Source: Escherichia coli (GTDB lineage Bacteria; Pseudomonadota; Gammaproteobacteria; Enterobacterales; Enterobacteriaceae). Taken from it: a stretch of DNA of 64,000 bases. Positions 49,176-61,765 of this stretch are shown piece by piece. Below the pieces are notes generated by a model, which searched no databases, was not told the origin of the DNA, and saw only the letters and a list, made by a program, of their open reading frames with translations. The stretch lies in the NCBI RefSeq assembly GCF_003334405.1, contig NZ_QOWM01000012.1; one strand, given 5' to 3'. Numbering within the stretch: position 1 is the first letter of the stretch; each line of letters begins with the position of its first letter. The position numbers and the translations under genes were made by a program.

Positions 49176-51074
49176 GTGGAACAGACCTATCTGCAACTGC
49201 TGGAGCAACGTTACCTGCCCTCGCTGTTTAACGGGCTGGTCAAAGCGATGAACGCCGCGCCGCCGGAGAGTGAAGAAAAACTCGCGGTGCTGCGCGTAAT
49301 GCGAATGCTGGAGGACAAAAGCGGACGTAACAATGAGGTGGTGAAGCAGTATATGGCAAAACGCTGGAGCGAAAAATTCCACGGCCAGCGCGATATCCAG
49401 GCACAACTGATGTCCCATCTTGACTACGCGCTGGCTCATACTGACTGGCATGCAGAGCGTCAGGCGGGCGACGGTGACGCCATCAGCCGCTGGACGCCAT
49501 ATGACAAGCCCGTGGTATCAGCACAGAAAGAACTGAGCAAACTGCCTGTCTACCAGCGGGTTTACCAGAGCCTGAAAACGCGGGCGCTGGGCGTTCTTCC
49601 TGCCGACCTCAATCTGCGTGACCAGGTAGGGCCAACCTTTGACCAGGTGTTTACATCTGCCGATGACAACAAACTGGTTGTTCCACAGTTTCTTACCCGT
49701 TACGGCCTGCAAAGCTATTTTGTAAAACAGCGCGATGAACTGGTTGAACTGACGGCGATGGATTCCTGGGTACTTAACCTTACCCGCAGCGTGAAATACA
49801 GTGACGCCGACCGCGCGGAAATCCAGCGCCAGTTGACCGAGCAGTATATCAGCGACTACACCGCCACCTGGCGGGCCGGGATGGACAATCTGAATATCCG
49901 CAATTTTGAGTCCATCGGACAACTGACCGGGGCGCTGGAGCAGGTTATCAGCGGCGACCAGCCTTTGCAGCGGGCGCTGACCGTCCTGCGTGACAACACA
50001 CAGCCAGGCGTCTTTTCTGAAAAACTCTCTGCCAAAGAACGGGAGGAAGCCCTGGCAGAGCCGGATTACCAGTTACTCACCCGCCTCGGGCATGAATTCG
50101 CCCCGGAAAACAGTACCCTGGCAGTACAGAAAGACAAAGAAAGCACGATGCAGGCCGTGTATCAGCAACTCACCGAGTTGCACCGCTACCTGCTGGCAAT
50201 CCAGAACGCGCCTGTACCAGGGAAATCGGCGCTGAAAGCCGTGCAGTTACGGCTTGATCAGAACAGCAGCGATCCGATATTCGCCACCCGCCAGATGGCA
50301 AAAACGCTGCCTGCTCCGCTCAACCGCTGGGTTGGCAGACTGACTGACCAGGCCTGGCATGTGGTGATGGTGGAGGCTGTTCATTATATGGAAGTGGACT
50401 GGCGCGACAGCGTGGTGAAACCGTTTAACGAGCAACTGGCAAATAACTATCCGTTTAATCCGCGTTCTGCACAGGATGCCTCACTGGATGCCTTCGAACG
50501 CTTCTTTAAACCGGATGGCATACTGGATACCTTCTACCAGCAGAACCTGAAGCTGTTTATCGATAATGACCTGAGTCTGGAGGATGGCGATAACAACGTC
50601 ATTATTCGCGAAGATATTATTGCGCAACTGGAAACTGCGCAGAAAATCCGTGACATCTTCTTCAGCAAACAGAACGGTCTGGGAACATCCTTTGCCGTGG
50701 AAACGGTATCGCTTTCAGGCAATAAACGCCGCAGTGTACTGAACCTTGACGGTCAGTTAGTCGATTACAGCCAGGGCCGTAACTATACCGCCCATCTGGT
50801 CTGGCCTAACAACATGCGCGAAGGCAACGAAAGTAAGCTGACGCTCATCGGCACCAGCGGCAACGCGCCGCGCAGTATCAGCTTCAGCGGGCCGTGGGCG
50901 CAGTTCCGCCTGTTCGGGGCCGGACAACTGACCGGAGTACAGGATGGCAACTTTACCGTGCGCTTTAGCGTGGACGGTGGCGCGATGACCTACCGTGTGC
51001 ATACCGACACGGAAGATAACCCGTTCAGCGGTGGGTTGTTCAGCCAGTTTGGTCTGTCAGACACACTGTACTGA
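49176..51074 (+). pseudogene. tssM: TssM (IcmF-like) C-terminal fragment; N-terminal TM/NTPase portion missing
   Basis: About 630 aa resembling the middle and C-terminal TssM regions; too short for a full TssM (>1100 aa). Confidence 0.6.
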
Positions 51075-51084
51075 GGAGGCAGGG

Positions 51085-52437
51085 ATGAATAGTAACGTAC
51101 TGACACAAACTATCGTTACCGGCAGTGACCCGCGCGGGCTGCCGGAATTCAGCGCCATCCGCGAGGAAATAAACAAAGCCAGCCACCCGTCACAGCCTGA
51201 GCTGAACTGGAAACTGGTGGAGTCGCTGGCGCTGGCGATTTTTAAAGCCAACGGTGTGGATTTACACACCGCCACCTACTATACGCTTGCCCGGACACGG
51301 ACACAGGGACTGGCGGGATTCTGCGAAGGTGCGGAACTGCTGGCGGCAATGGTAAGCCACGACTGGGATAAGTTCTGGCCGCAGGGCGGCCCGGCGCGTA
51401 CTGAAATGCTGGACTGGTTTAACTCCCGAACCGGCAATATTCTGCGTCAGCAAATCTCCTTTGCGGAATCCGACCTACCACTGATCTACCGCACAGAGCG
51501 GGCATTGCAGCTTATCTGCGATAAGCTCCAGCAGGTGGAACTGAAGCGCGTTCCGCGCGTGGAGAATCTGCTCTATTTTATGCAGAACACGCGTAAACGG
51601 CTTGAACCCCAGCTGAAGAGTAACACTGAGAACGCCGCACAGACCACGGTCAGAACGCTGATTTATGCCCCGGAAACACAGGCATCTTCCACACCAGAAG
51701 CGGTAGTGCCTCCCCTGCCCGGCCTGCCTGAGATGAAAGTGGAAGTGCGCAGTCTGACAGAGAATCCCCCACAGGCCAGTGTGATAAAGCAAGGCAGTAC
51801 GGTAAGAGGGTTTATCGCAGGGATCGCCTGTTCAGTGGCTGTCGCCTCAGCATTGTGGTGGTGGCAGGTCTATCCGGTGCAGCAGCAACTGTTACAGGTT
51901 AACGACACCGCTCAGGGCGCAGCAACGGTGTGGATGGCCTCACCTGAACTCGAAAACTATGAGCGCAGGCTGCAACAACTTCTTGATACCTCCCCGGTAC
52001 AGCCGCTGGAAACCGGGATGCAGATGATGCGTGTTGCCGACAGTCGCTGGCCGGAAAGCCTGCAACAGCAACAGGCCTCGACACAATGGAATGAGGCACT
52101 CAAAACCCGCGCACAGAGTAGCCCGCAGTTGCGTGGCTGGTTGCAGACCCGCCAGGACTTACATGCTTTTGCAGATCTAGTGATGCAGCGCGAGAAAGAG
52201 GGACTAACCCTTTCCTATATCAAAAATGTCATCTGGCAGGCGGAGCGGGGACTGGGGCAGGAAACACCCGTTGAGTCTCTGTTGACGCAGTACCATGATG
52301 CCCGTGCGCAGAAGCAGAATACAGATGCGCTGGAAAAACAAATTAATGAGCGACTCGAAGGTGTGTTAAGCCGCTGGCTGCTGCTGAAGAATAACGTCAT
52401 GCCAGAGGCGGCAACCGGTACCACGGCCGAAAAATAA
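51085..52437 (+). CDS. ImpA-N-domain T6SS protein with a central TM segment (VasL-like, TssA-related)
   Basis: N-terminal ImpA-like region (..GSDPRGLPEF..LNWKLVESLALAIF..), TM segment GFIAGIACSVAVASALWWW; ATG 51085 with GAGGAGG RBS. Confidence 0.6.
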   Translation: MNSNVLTQTIVTGSDPRGLPEFSAIREEINKASHPSQPELNWKLVESLALAIFKANGVDLHTATYYTLARTRTQGLAGFCEGAELLAAMVSHDWDKFWPQGGPARTEMLDWFNSRTGNILRQQISFAESDLPLIYRTERALQLICDKLQQVELKRVPRVENLLYFMQNTRKRLEPQLKSNTENAAQTTVRTLIYAPETQASSTPEAVVPPLPGLPEMKVEVRSLTENPPQASVIKQGSTVRGFIAGIACSVAVASALWWWQVYPVQQQLLQVNDTAQGAATVWMASPELENYERRLQQLLDTSPVQPLETGMQMMRVADSRWPESLQQQQASTQWNEALKTRAQSSPQLRGWLQTRQDLHAFADLVMQREKEGLTLSYIKNVIWQAERGLGQETPVESLLTQYHDARAQKQNTDALEKQINERLEGVLSRWLLLKNNVMPEAATGTTAEK

Positions 52438-52460
52438 TTATTTAATTAAAGGAGATTATC

Positions 52461-52943
52461 ATGGCAAATATAAGTTATTTATCTTTGAGTGGAGAGACAC
52501 AAGGGCTAATTTCAGCAGGTTGCTCAACGCTTGATTCTGTCGGAAACAAAGCGCAGCCAGAACATAAAGATCAGATCATGGTTTATGCGTTAATGCATTC
52601 CATCTCAAGAAGTCAAAATGTCAATCATCATGAATTAATTATCACCAAACCGGTTGATAAATCCTCACCATTGCTGGCAAAAGCACTTAGTGACAATGAA
52701 AAAATGGCAATATGTGAATTTATACTCTACCGAACCAGTAAAGCGGGTATTTACCAGCCTTATTATAAAATAAATCTGTCAAAAGCCCGAATATCAAGTA
52801 TTGATTTTGTCACACCGCATGCTGTCCTGGAAAAAGAACTGGAACCACAGGAGAGAATTGCCTTTATTTATGAAGATATTTCCTGGGAGCATACGTTAGC
52901 CGGTACGAATGCAATGAGTAAATGGCAGGATCGTGTACAGTAA
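52461..52943 (+). CDS. hcp: Hcp (TssD) type VI secretion tube protein
   Basis: 160-aa ORF with the Hcp-like core ..ITKPVDKSSPLLAKALSDNEKMAICEFILYR.. Confidence 0.8.
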   Translation: MANISYLSLSGETQGLISAGCSTLDSVGNKAQPEHKDQIMVYALMHSISRSQNVNHHELIITKPVDKSSPLLAKALSDNEKMAICEFILYRTSKAGIYQPYYKINLSKARISSIDFVTPHAVLEKELEPQERIAFIYEDISWEHTLAGTNAMSKWQDRVQ

Positions 52944-52986
52944 CTTACTGTAATAACATAATAAATTACTATTGCGGAGAGATAAA

Positions 52987-53901
52987 ATGGCTGGTTTAAG
53001 GAATAACAACAACACACAGAATGCACAGTGGGCTGATTATGTGGGTGACATTCTTCGGGGGGCTCAGCCGATAAACCAGCTAGTACCTCAGCACCCTTAT
53101 CTTAACGACGTCCCACTCATTGATGAGTTAAGGCATCAGAACACTCATCATGTTATTCCCTTGACACTTGATGTTGCAAAAAAAATACTCAGCCCAATAA
53201 CATCATTTGATTACATTCATTTTATCACTACACATCCTTCAGGTATAAAAGATACACTCGCCTGGTTAGTTAACGCGGGTAAATTAATGACTGAGTTTGA
53301 TGACAATGGGAAAATTATATTTAACCTTAATGCCTTAAAGTATACAAAAGCAAGTTACTTTGAAATACTTGGAGAGAAATATATAAAAATCACAACATCC
53401 AGCCCCTGGCTTTTAGAAAAGCTCGGTAAATATATTTTCTCTTCACGAGCGCCTCAAGTTCTGGAACTCGCTATTGGCTGGCGAGGAGCTTTATCTGAAT
53501 CAATAAAAGGAGTTAAGTTCTGTATCTGGTTTTCAGTAGCCTGGAGAACCATAGAATTTATTATGAGTTCAGAGCGAGATCTGGTTAATTTTCTTGGCGA
53601 TTTTTCAATGGATGTGGCCAAAGCAGTTATAGCCGGTGGTGTTGCAACCGCTATTGGAAGTCTGGCTTCTTTTGCCTGTGTTAGCTTTGGCTTTCCAGTA
53701 ATTCTTGTCGGAGGAGCAATTTTACTGACAGGGATAGTGTGTACAGTTGTTTTAAATGAAATCGATGCTCAATGCCATTTATCAGAAAAATTAAAATATG
53801 CAATTAGAGATGGACTAAAACGGCAACAGGAACTTGATAAATGGAAAAGGGAAAACATGACTCCATTTATGTATGTTCTTAACACTCCACCCGTGATATG
53901 A
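52987..53901 (+). CDS. Hcp-linked putative membrane-active toxin with a C-terminal glycine-zipper hydrophobic domain
   Basis: AT-rich ORF directly after hcp; C terminus GGVATAIGSLASFACVSFGFPVILVGGAILLTGIVCTVVL; no family recognised by eye. Confidence 0.4.
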   Translation: MAGLRNNNNTQNAQWADYVGDILRGAQPINQLVPQHPYLNDVPLIDELRHQNTHHVIPLTLDVAKKILSPITSFDYIHFITTHPSGIKDTLAWLVNAGKLMTEFDDNGKIIFNLNALKYTKASYFEILGEKYIKITTSSPWLLEKLGKYIFSSRAPQVLELAIGWRGALSESIKGVKFCIWFSVAWRTIEFIMSSERDLVNFLGDFSMDVAKAVIAGGVATAIGSLASFACVSFGFPVILVGGAILLTGIVCTVVLNEIDAQCHLSEKLKYAIRDGLKRQQELDKWKRENMTPFMYVLNTPPVI

Positions 53902-53910
53902 GGATTAACC

Positions 53911-54390
53911 ATGCGTTTACATGTTAAATTAAAAGAGTTTCTTTCGATGTTTTTTATGGCCATATTATTTTTCCCTGCATTCAATGCTTCTTTGTTTTTT
54001 ACCGGAGTTAAACCTCTATATTCAATAATAAAATGCTCCACGGAAATATTTTATGATTGGAGAATGTTGATTCTGTGCTTCGGTTTCATGTCGTTTTCCT
54101 TTTTAAATATTCATGTAATTTTACTTACGATAATAAAATCATTCTTAATCAAAAAAACGAAGGTAGTCAATTTCGCCACAGACATAACAATACAGCTAAC
54201 TCTTATATTTTTACTAATAGCTATCGTAATAGCACCTTTAATAGCTCCTTTTGTCACAGGATATGTCAATACTAATTATCACCCCTGCGGTAATAATACG
54301 GGAATTTTCCCAGGAGCAATCTATATTAAAAATGGCATGAAATGTAATAATGGATATATTTCTCGCAAGGAAGATTCAGCAGTTAAATAA
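53911..54390 (+). CDS. Small multi-TM inner-membrane protein (YkfM-like by size and position); candidate immunity protein
   Basis: 159-aa AT-rich ORF with three or four hydrophobic segments, 10 bp downstream of the putative toxin gene. Confidence 0.45.
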   Translation: MRLHVKLKEFLSMFFMAILFFPAFNASLFFTGVKPLYSIIKCSTEIFYDWRMLILCFGFMSFSFLNIHVILLTIIKSFLIKKTKVVNFATDITIQLTLIFLLIAIVIAPLIAPFVTGYVNTNYHPCGNNTGIFPGAIYIKNGMKCNNGYISRKEDSAVK

Positions 54391-54526
54391 TTAAATATTC
54401 TAAAACAAACAGTTTTTAACTCCGGATTCCATGTCCTTTCTTGCACTGTCTTTGTCAAGAAAAATTTCTTATGCAAAGAATTTTGTATTATTGCCGCCAG
54501 AAATTCCTGGCGGCAGATATAATTTA

Positions 54527-55312
54527 TTATTGATAGCGGTTAACCAAATCTTTTACCATCGCTTTATAGGTCTTTTGCTTAAGTTGCATGATTTGCTGCT
54601 CTGTCATATCAGTCGTACTGGCTTCATTCTTGTCGGGCAATGGTGGAAGCACTTTATATTCATAATTCACCGGCGACCAGGTAGCCCACTCACCTGTTGC
54701 CACATCCACCAGCGTGAAACGTACCAGGTAGCGCAGGGAGATAGCGTCAGTGAGTTTGTCATTTTTATAGTCGGACCATACTGTTGATTTCAGCGCAGAG
54801 TCATATTTTCCTGTCTGCAACATATCCTGGTAAACAATAATCGCTTTCTGATGTCCTTTTGCAGCCACAAAACGCAGTGCCTGCATCCAGTTCATATTCT
54901 CAGCACTGGCAACATCCTCGTTCTCATTTTTATCTTTGTTTTTGTTACAAGTCAGAGGCTTTTGCCTGTCCGGGATACCAGAGAATGTGGAAACAGTATA
55001 ATATTTTCGCATCTCCTCCTGCATAATGGTTTCCGGTGCGCGGTTGCCGGATTGAACAAGTATTACAGGAGAATTAAGGGGAACGCGGAACTCATCTCCA
55101 TCAAGCGCAGCTTGAATATCCTCTTCGGATACGGCCAGAGTGGTTTCATTACCGAATAAATCTTTGTCTGTCAGTTGCTGGGGAGTGTTTTTATTAATAT
55201 TACTTTGTGTGACTTGAGCTTTTTTCTTCTTTTCATCAATAGAAGATTCAGAGGCACATCCTGCAAGCAGCGAGAATAACACACATATGCAACAAAGCTT
55301 TTTTGAATTCAT
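54527..55312 (-). CDS. yafT: Lipoprotein YafT-like
   Basis: 261-aa ORF with lipoprotein signal (LLAGCAS), next to aspV. Confidence 0.75.
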
Positions 55313-55579
55313 AATTGGACACTCCCTCGCCTGTCATAATGATTAGAATATTTAGCATTGATAACGGACTCTAATTATATACCTCACTTAAATAATAACA
55401 AACAAAATCAATTTGAAATATACATTCATTTAATCAATATAAATTTATTCTCTAGAAATATATTTAAGCTGAATGGTTCGATATCATTATTGAATTTTAA
55501 TGAATGAGACAACAAGCGAGAATCACGCACCTACGCCAGAGTAAAATCATTGAACAGAGAAATGGTGGAATTCAAATAC

Positions 55580-55610
55580 AAAAAAACCGCAAAATTAAAA
55601 ATCTTGCGGC
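55580..55610 (-). terminator. Rho-independent terminator downstream of aspV
   Basis: Minus strand ccgcaagatttttaattttgcgg followed by a T run. Confidence 0.5.
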
Positions 55611-55639
55611 TCTCTGAACTCATTTTCATGAGTGAATAG

Positions 55640-55716
55640 TGGCGGAACGGACGGGACTCGAACCCGCGACCCCCTGCGTGACAGGCAGGTATTCTAACCG
55701 ACTGAACTACCGCTCC
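55640..55716 (-). tRNA. aspV: tRNA-Asp (anticodon GUC)
   Basis: Reverse complement is GGAGCGGTAGTTCAGTCGGTTAGAATACCTGCCTGTCACGCAGGGGGTCGCGGGTTCGAGTCCCGTCCGTTCCGCCA. Confidence 0.95.
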
Positions 55717-55848
55717 GCGTTGTGTTCCGTTGGGAACGAGGCGAATATTACGGATTGCCTCGACCTTCGTCAACGGTTTTTCTCATCTTTTGAATCGTTT
55801 GCTGCAAAAATCGCCCAAGTCGCTATTTTTAGCGCCTTTCACAGGTAT

Positions 55849-56580
55849 TTATGCTCGCCAGAGGCAACTTCCGCCTTTCTTCTGCACCAGATCGAGACGG
55901 GCTTCATGAGCTGCAATCTCTTCATCTGTCGCAAAAACAACGCGTAACTTACTTGCCTGACGTACAATGCGCTGAATTGTTGCTTCACCTTGTTGCTGTT
56001 GTGTCTCTCCTTCCATCGCAAAAGCCATCGACGTTTGACCACCGGTCATCGCCAGATAAACTTCCGCAAGGATCTGGGCATCGAGTAATGCCCCGTGCAG
56101 CGTTCGTTTACTGTTATCTATTTCGTAGCGAGCACATAACGCATCGAGGCTGTTGCGCTTACCGGGAAACATTTTCCTCGCCACCGCAAGGCTATCGGTG
56201 ACCTTACAGAAAGTATTGGTCTTCGGAATATCGCGCTTAAGCAACGAAAACTCGTAGTCCATAAAGCCGATATCGAACGCTGCGTTATGGATCACCAACT
56301 CCGCGCCGCGAATATAGTCCATGAACTCATCGGCTACTTCGGCAAACGTGGGCTTATCGAGCAAAAATTCATCGGCAATACCATGTACGCCAAAGGCTTC
56401 CGGATCCACCAGCCGATCGGGTTTGAGATAAACATGGAAGTTATTGCCCGTCAGGCGACGGTTCACCACTTCAACGGCACCAATCTCAATGATCTTGTGG
56501 CCTTCATAGTGCGCACCAATCTGGTTCATACCGGTGGTTTCGGTATCGAGAACGATCTGGCGTGTAATTGCAGTGCTCAT
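55849..56580 (-). CDS. dnaQ: DNA polymerase III epsilon subunit (3'-5' proofreading exonuclease)
   Basis: 243-aa product [19 protein letters not shown].. with DEDDh exonuclease motifs. Confidence 0.9.
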
Positions 56581-56644
56581 AGCGGTCATTTATGTCAGAC
56601 TTGTCGTTTTACAGTTCGATTCAATTACAGGAAGTCTACCAGAG

Positions 56645-57112
56645 ATGCTTAAACAGGTAGAAATTTTCACCGATGGTTCGTGTCTGGGCAATCCAGGACC
56701 TGGGGGTTACGGCGCTATTTTACGCTATCGCGGACGCGAGAAAACCTTTAGCGCTGGCTACACCCGCACCACCAACAACCGTATGGAGTTGATGGCCGCT
56801 ATTGTCGCGCTGGAGGCGTTAAAAGAACATTGCGAAGTCATTTTGAGTACCGACAGCCAGTATGTCCGCCAGGGTATCACCCAGTGGATCCATAACTGGA
56901 AAAAACGTGGCTGGAAAACCGCAGACAAAAAACCAGTAAAAAATGTCGATCTCTGGCAACGTCTTGATGCTGCATTGGGGCAGCATCAAATCAAATGGGA
57001 ATGGGTTAAAGGCCATGCCGGACACCCGGAAAACGAACGCTGTGATGAACTGGCTCGTGCCGCGGCGATGAATCCCACACTGGAAGATACAGGCTACCAA
57101 GTTGAAGTTTAA
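56645..57112 (+). CDS. rnhA: Ribonuclease HI
   Basis: 155-aa product [26 protein letters not shown]..; divergent from dnaQ. Confidence 0.9.
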
Positions 57113-57831
57113 GCCTGTGGTTTACGACATTGCCGGGTGGCTCCAACCGCCTGGCGAATTCGTGGCTTGTTTTTACTCTGTTTCATCGGATTTAGCGTTA
57201 AAGGAATAGTCCGTTTCCGGGCAACAATAAGTTGTAAGCAACCAAGCGCAGGAATATGCGCATTCAATAGTTTTCCTCCGTGTTTGTTCCACGGGAGAAC
57301 GTGGAAACGGCTGGCGTGTAGCACTTCAAAATTCAACAAAGAGAGCCAGTCCAGCTGCCGCATCAGAGTAAACATCCGGCTGTTATAGGGCGAGGTTTTG
57401 CGCAATACCGGCACAAGTTTGCGTAATCCCATAAAACTGATGGGATTGAAGCCACTAATGACCAGCCAGCCATCATCAATCAATACCCGATCGGCTTCAC
57501 GCAATAAACGATGCGGATCGGTGCACCACGGCAATGTATGTGCCAGTAGACAAACATCAACGGATTTATCGGCAAAAGGAAGATGAAGTGGGTCCGCCTG
57601 TACCTGGACGGGCATTCCTTGCGCAGAAACATTCACTTGATGAGAAACCGCGCACGCTTCGCAATTGATTTCTGCGCTTAAATTGCCAATCTTAAGCAGA
57701 TGAAAACCATACATTTTAGTGAACCACGGGTTGAGCTGGCGCTCCAGCGCCTTGCGATAAAGCTTTCCCCAGGGCAAATCGCCCCAGCAATCAGGAGCCA
57801 CGACAGTTTGAGGGACTCTTGCCGGTTTCAT
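57109..57831 (-). CDS. yafS: SAM-dependent methyltransferase-like protein
   Basis: 240-aa product from [16 protein letters not shown].. Confidence 0.8.
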
Positions 57832-57861
57832 CACAACCTTCCGTTTCACACTGAGAGGTAA

Positions 57862-58620
<759 letters not shown>

Positions 58621-58691
58621 TAAAACTTTCTTGTCATCGGCTCCGTTCGCCGTTATGATCGGTCGTCTTTTAAGCAACTATTGACACACAC

Positions 58692-60050
58692 ATGAAGGCA
58701 AAAGCGATATTACTCGCCTCTGTCCTGCTCGTGGGTTGCCAGAGTACCGGCAACGTTCAACAGCACGCACAGAGCCTTTCTGCAGCTGGTCAAGGGGAAG
58801 CAGCAAAGTTTACAAGTCAGGCACGATGGATGGACGATGGGACGTCTATCGCGCCAGATGGTGACTTGTGGGCTTTCATTGGCGACGAGCTAAAGATGGG
58901 AATTCCGGAAAATGACCGGATTCGCGAACAGAAACAGAAATATTTACGCAATAAGAGCTATCTCCACGATGTAACTTTACGGGCAGAGCCGTATATGTAC
59001 TGGATAGCAGGGCAAGTTAAAAAACGTAACATGCCTATGGAACTGGTACTACTACCCATAGTGGAGAGCGCTTTTGATCCTCACGCAACGTCTGGCGCCA
59101 ATGCCGCAGGCATCTGGCAGATCATTCCGAGCACGGGGCGCAATTATGGTTTGAAACAGACCCGCAATTATGACGCGCGTCGCGATGTTGTTGCTTCAAC
59201 AACTGCCGCGCTGAATATGATGCAGCGTCTGAACAAAATGTTTGACGGCGACTGGCTTCTGACCGTAGCGGCTTATAACAGCGGCGAAGGTCGGGTCATG
59301 AAGGCAATTAAAACGAACAAAGCGCGTGGGAAATCCACGGACTTCTGGTCGTTACCGTTGCCGCAGGAAACGAAGCAGTACGTGCCTAAAATGCTGGCAT
59401 TGAGTGATATTCTCAAAAACAGCAAGCGTTATGGCGTACGTCTGCCAACGACCGATGAAAGCCGTGCTCTGGCGCGTGTGCACCTGAGCAGCCCGGTTGA
59501 AATGGCGAAGGTAGCAGATATGGCGGGGATTTCCGTCAGCAAGCTGAAGACATTCAACGCTGGCGTAAAAGGCTCCACGCTGGGCGCAAGTGGCCCGCAG
59601 TACGTGATGGTGCCAAAGAAGCATGCAGATCAACTGCGTGAATCTCTGGCTTCAGGCGAAATTGCTGCTGTACAGTCGACGCTGGTTGCCGACAATACGC
59701 CGCTTAACAGCCGTGTTTACACCGTACGCTCTGGCGACACGCTTTCAAGTATCGCTTCACGTCTCGGCGTAAGCACCAAAGATTTGCAGCAGTGGAACAA
59801 ACTGCGCGGATCTAAGCTGAAGCCAGGCCAAAGTTTGACGATTGGTGCAGGCAGTAGCGCACAGCGACTGGCAAACAACAGCGATAGCATTACGTATCGT
59901 GTGCGCAAAGGCGATTCGCTTTCAAGCATTGCTAAACGCCACGGCGTGAACATCAAAGATGTGATGCGCTGGAACAGCGACACTGCGAATCTGCAACCAG
60001 GCGATAAGCTGACGTTGTTTGTGAAAAACAACAACATGCCAGATTCCTGA
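58692..60050 (+). CDS. mltD: Membrane-bound lytic murein transglycosylase D (LysM-containing)
   Basis: Lipoprotein signal (LLVGCQS), SLT domain, C-terminal LysM repeats (YTVRSGDTLSSIASRLGV.. and YRVRKGDSLSSIAKRHGV..). Confidence 0.9.
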   Translation: MKAKAILLASVLLVGCQSTGNVQQHAQSLSAAGQGEAAKFTSQARWMDDGTSIAPDGDLWAFIGDELKMGIPENDRIREQKQKYLRNKSYLHDVTLRAEPYMYWIAGQVKKRNMPMELVLLPIVESAFDPHATSGANAAGIWQIIPSTGRNYGLKQTRNYDARRDVVASTTAALNMMQRLNKMFDGDWLLTVAAYNSGEGRVMKAIKTNKARGKSTDFWSLPLPQETKQYVPKMLALSDILKNSKRYGVRLPTTDESRALARVHLSSPVEMAKVADMAGISVSKLKTFNAGVKGSTLGASGPQYVMVPKKHADQLRESLASGEIAAVQSTLVADNTPLNSRVYTVRSGDTLSSIASRLGVSTKDLQQWNKLRGSKLKPGQSLTIGAGSSAQRLANNSDSITYRVRKGDSLSSIAKRHGVNIKDVMRWNSDTANLQPGDKLTLFVKNNNMPDS

Positions 60051-60066
60051 CAAACCAGATAATAAA

Positions 60067-60096
60067 AAGGCACCGATTCCCCCGGTGCCTTTTTTA
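60067..60096 (+). terminator. Rho-independent terminator after mltD (convergent with yafE)
   Basis: ggcaccgattcccccggtgcc hairpin followed by tttttt. Confidence 0.6.
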
Positions 60097-60097
60097 T

Positions 60098-60721
60098 TTA
60101 TGCCGCTTTATGTGCATCTACCATGATGATATCACTGGTGAAAAAGCCATCATTCTGCAAGGCAAAATACGTTCTCACCTCTGTCGATGCGCTCTGTTGG
60201 TAAATGCGAATAGCGTCTACTAACGCTTCTGGCGTACGCATTCTCGCGACCCATGAAGAAAATTCCAGCGGTAACTTATCTGTAATTAAATTATCAACTA
60301 TCAGATTGGCTTCATTGATTAACGTCAACCACTCACCGCTGGCGTAGTTTCGTACGTGAGAGGTATCGCGTAATGCTTCTACCGTCTGTAACCAGATGTC
60401 GCGCACTGGGTGACCCGGAGACATTACGTCCATCACAATCAGCCTACCGCCAGGTTTCAATATCCTATTCACTTCTCGCAGTGCTGCACCAACATCATGC
60501 CAGTGATGGGCAGAATAACGGCTGATAACAATATCAAATGCGTTATCGGCAAATGGCAGACTTTCGGCATATCCCTGGCGGGTGGTGATATTTTTCAGTT
60601 GCCGGGCTTCGGCAGCTTGTGCCACGACATCCAGCATGTGGGCAGATAAGTCATACGCCACCACCGCGCTCACGTTTTGCGCAGCGCCAAACGTTGGTCT
60701 GCCCTGTGGCAGACCTGACAT
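60098..60721 (-). CDS. yafE: SAM-dependent methyltransferase
   Basis: 207-aa ORF with methyltransferase motif I (..ILKPGGRLIVMDV..). Confidence 0.8.
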   Translation of the reverse strand: MSGLPQGRPTFGAAQNVSAVVAYDLSAHMLDVVAQAAEARQLKNITTRQGYAESLPFADNAFDIVISRYSAHHWHDVGAALREVNRILKPGGRLIVMDVMSPGHPVRDIWLQTVEALRDTSHVRNYASGEWLTLINEANLIVDNLITDKLPLEFSSWVARMRTPEALVDAIRIYQQSASTEVRTYFALQNDGFFTSDIIMVDAHKAA

Positions 60722-60724
60722 ACC

Positions 60725-61576
<852 letters not shown>

Positions 61577-61765
61577 CTACTGTTATAGGGATTTTAGCTC
61601 ACTCTTTCAACGAGCAATTGTATATTGTTATGTAAGCAAGTGCTTACACCGGTCAGAATTTTGCTCATTATGGAGAACATTAAATCGCATGACATATCAC
61701 GCATCCTGATGGTTTAATGACAAATAAATTCAAAATATCTCTTCTATTTTGCAACAGGAGCAAAA

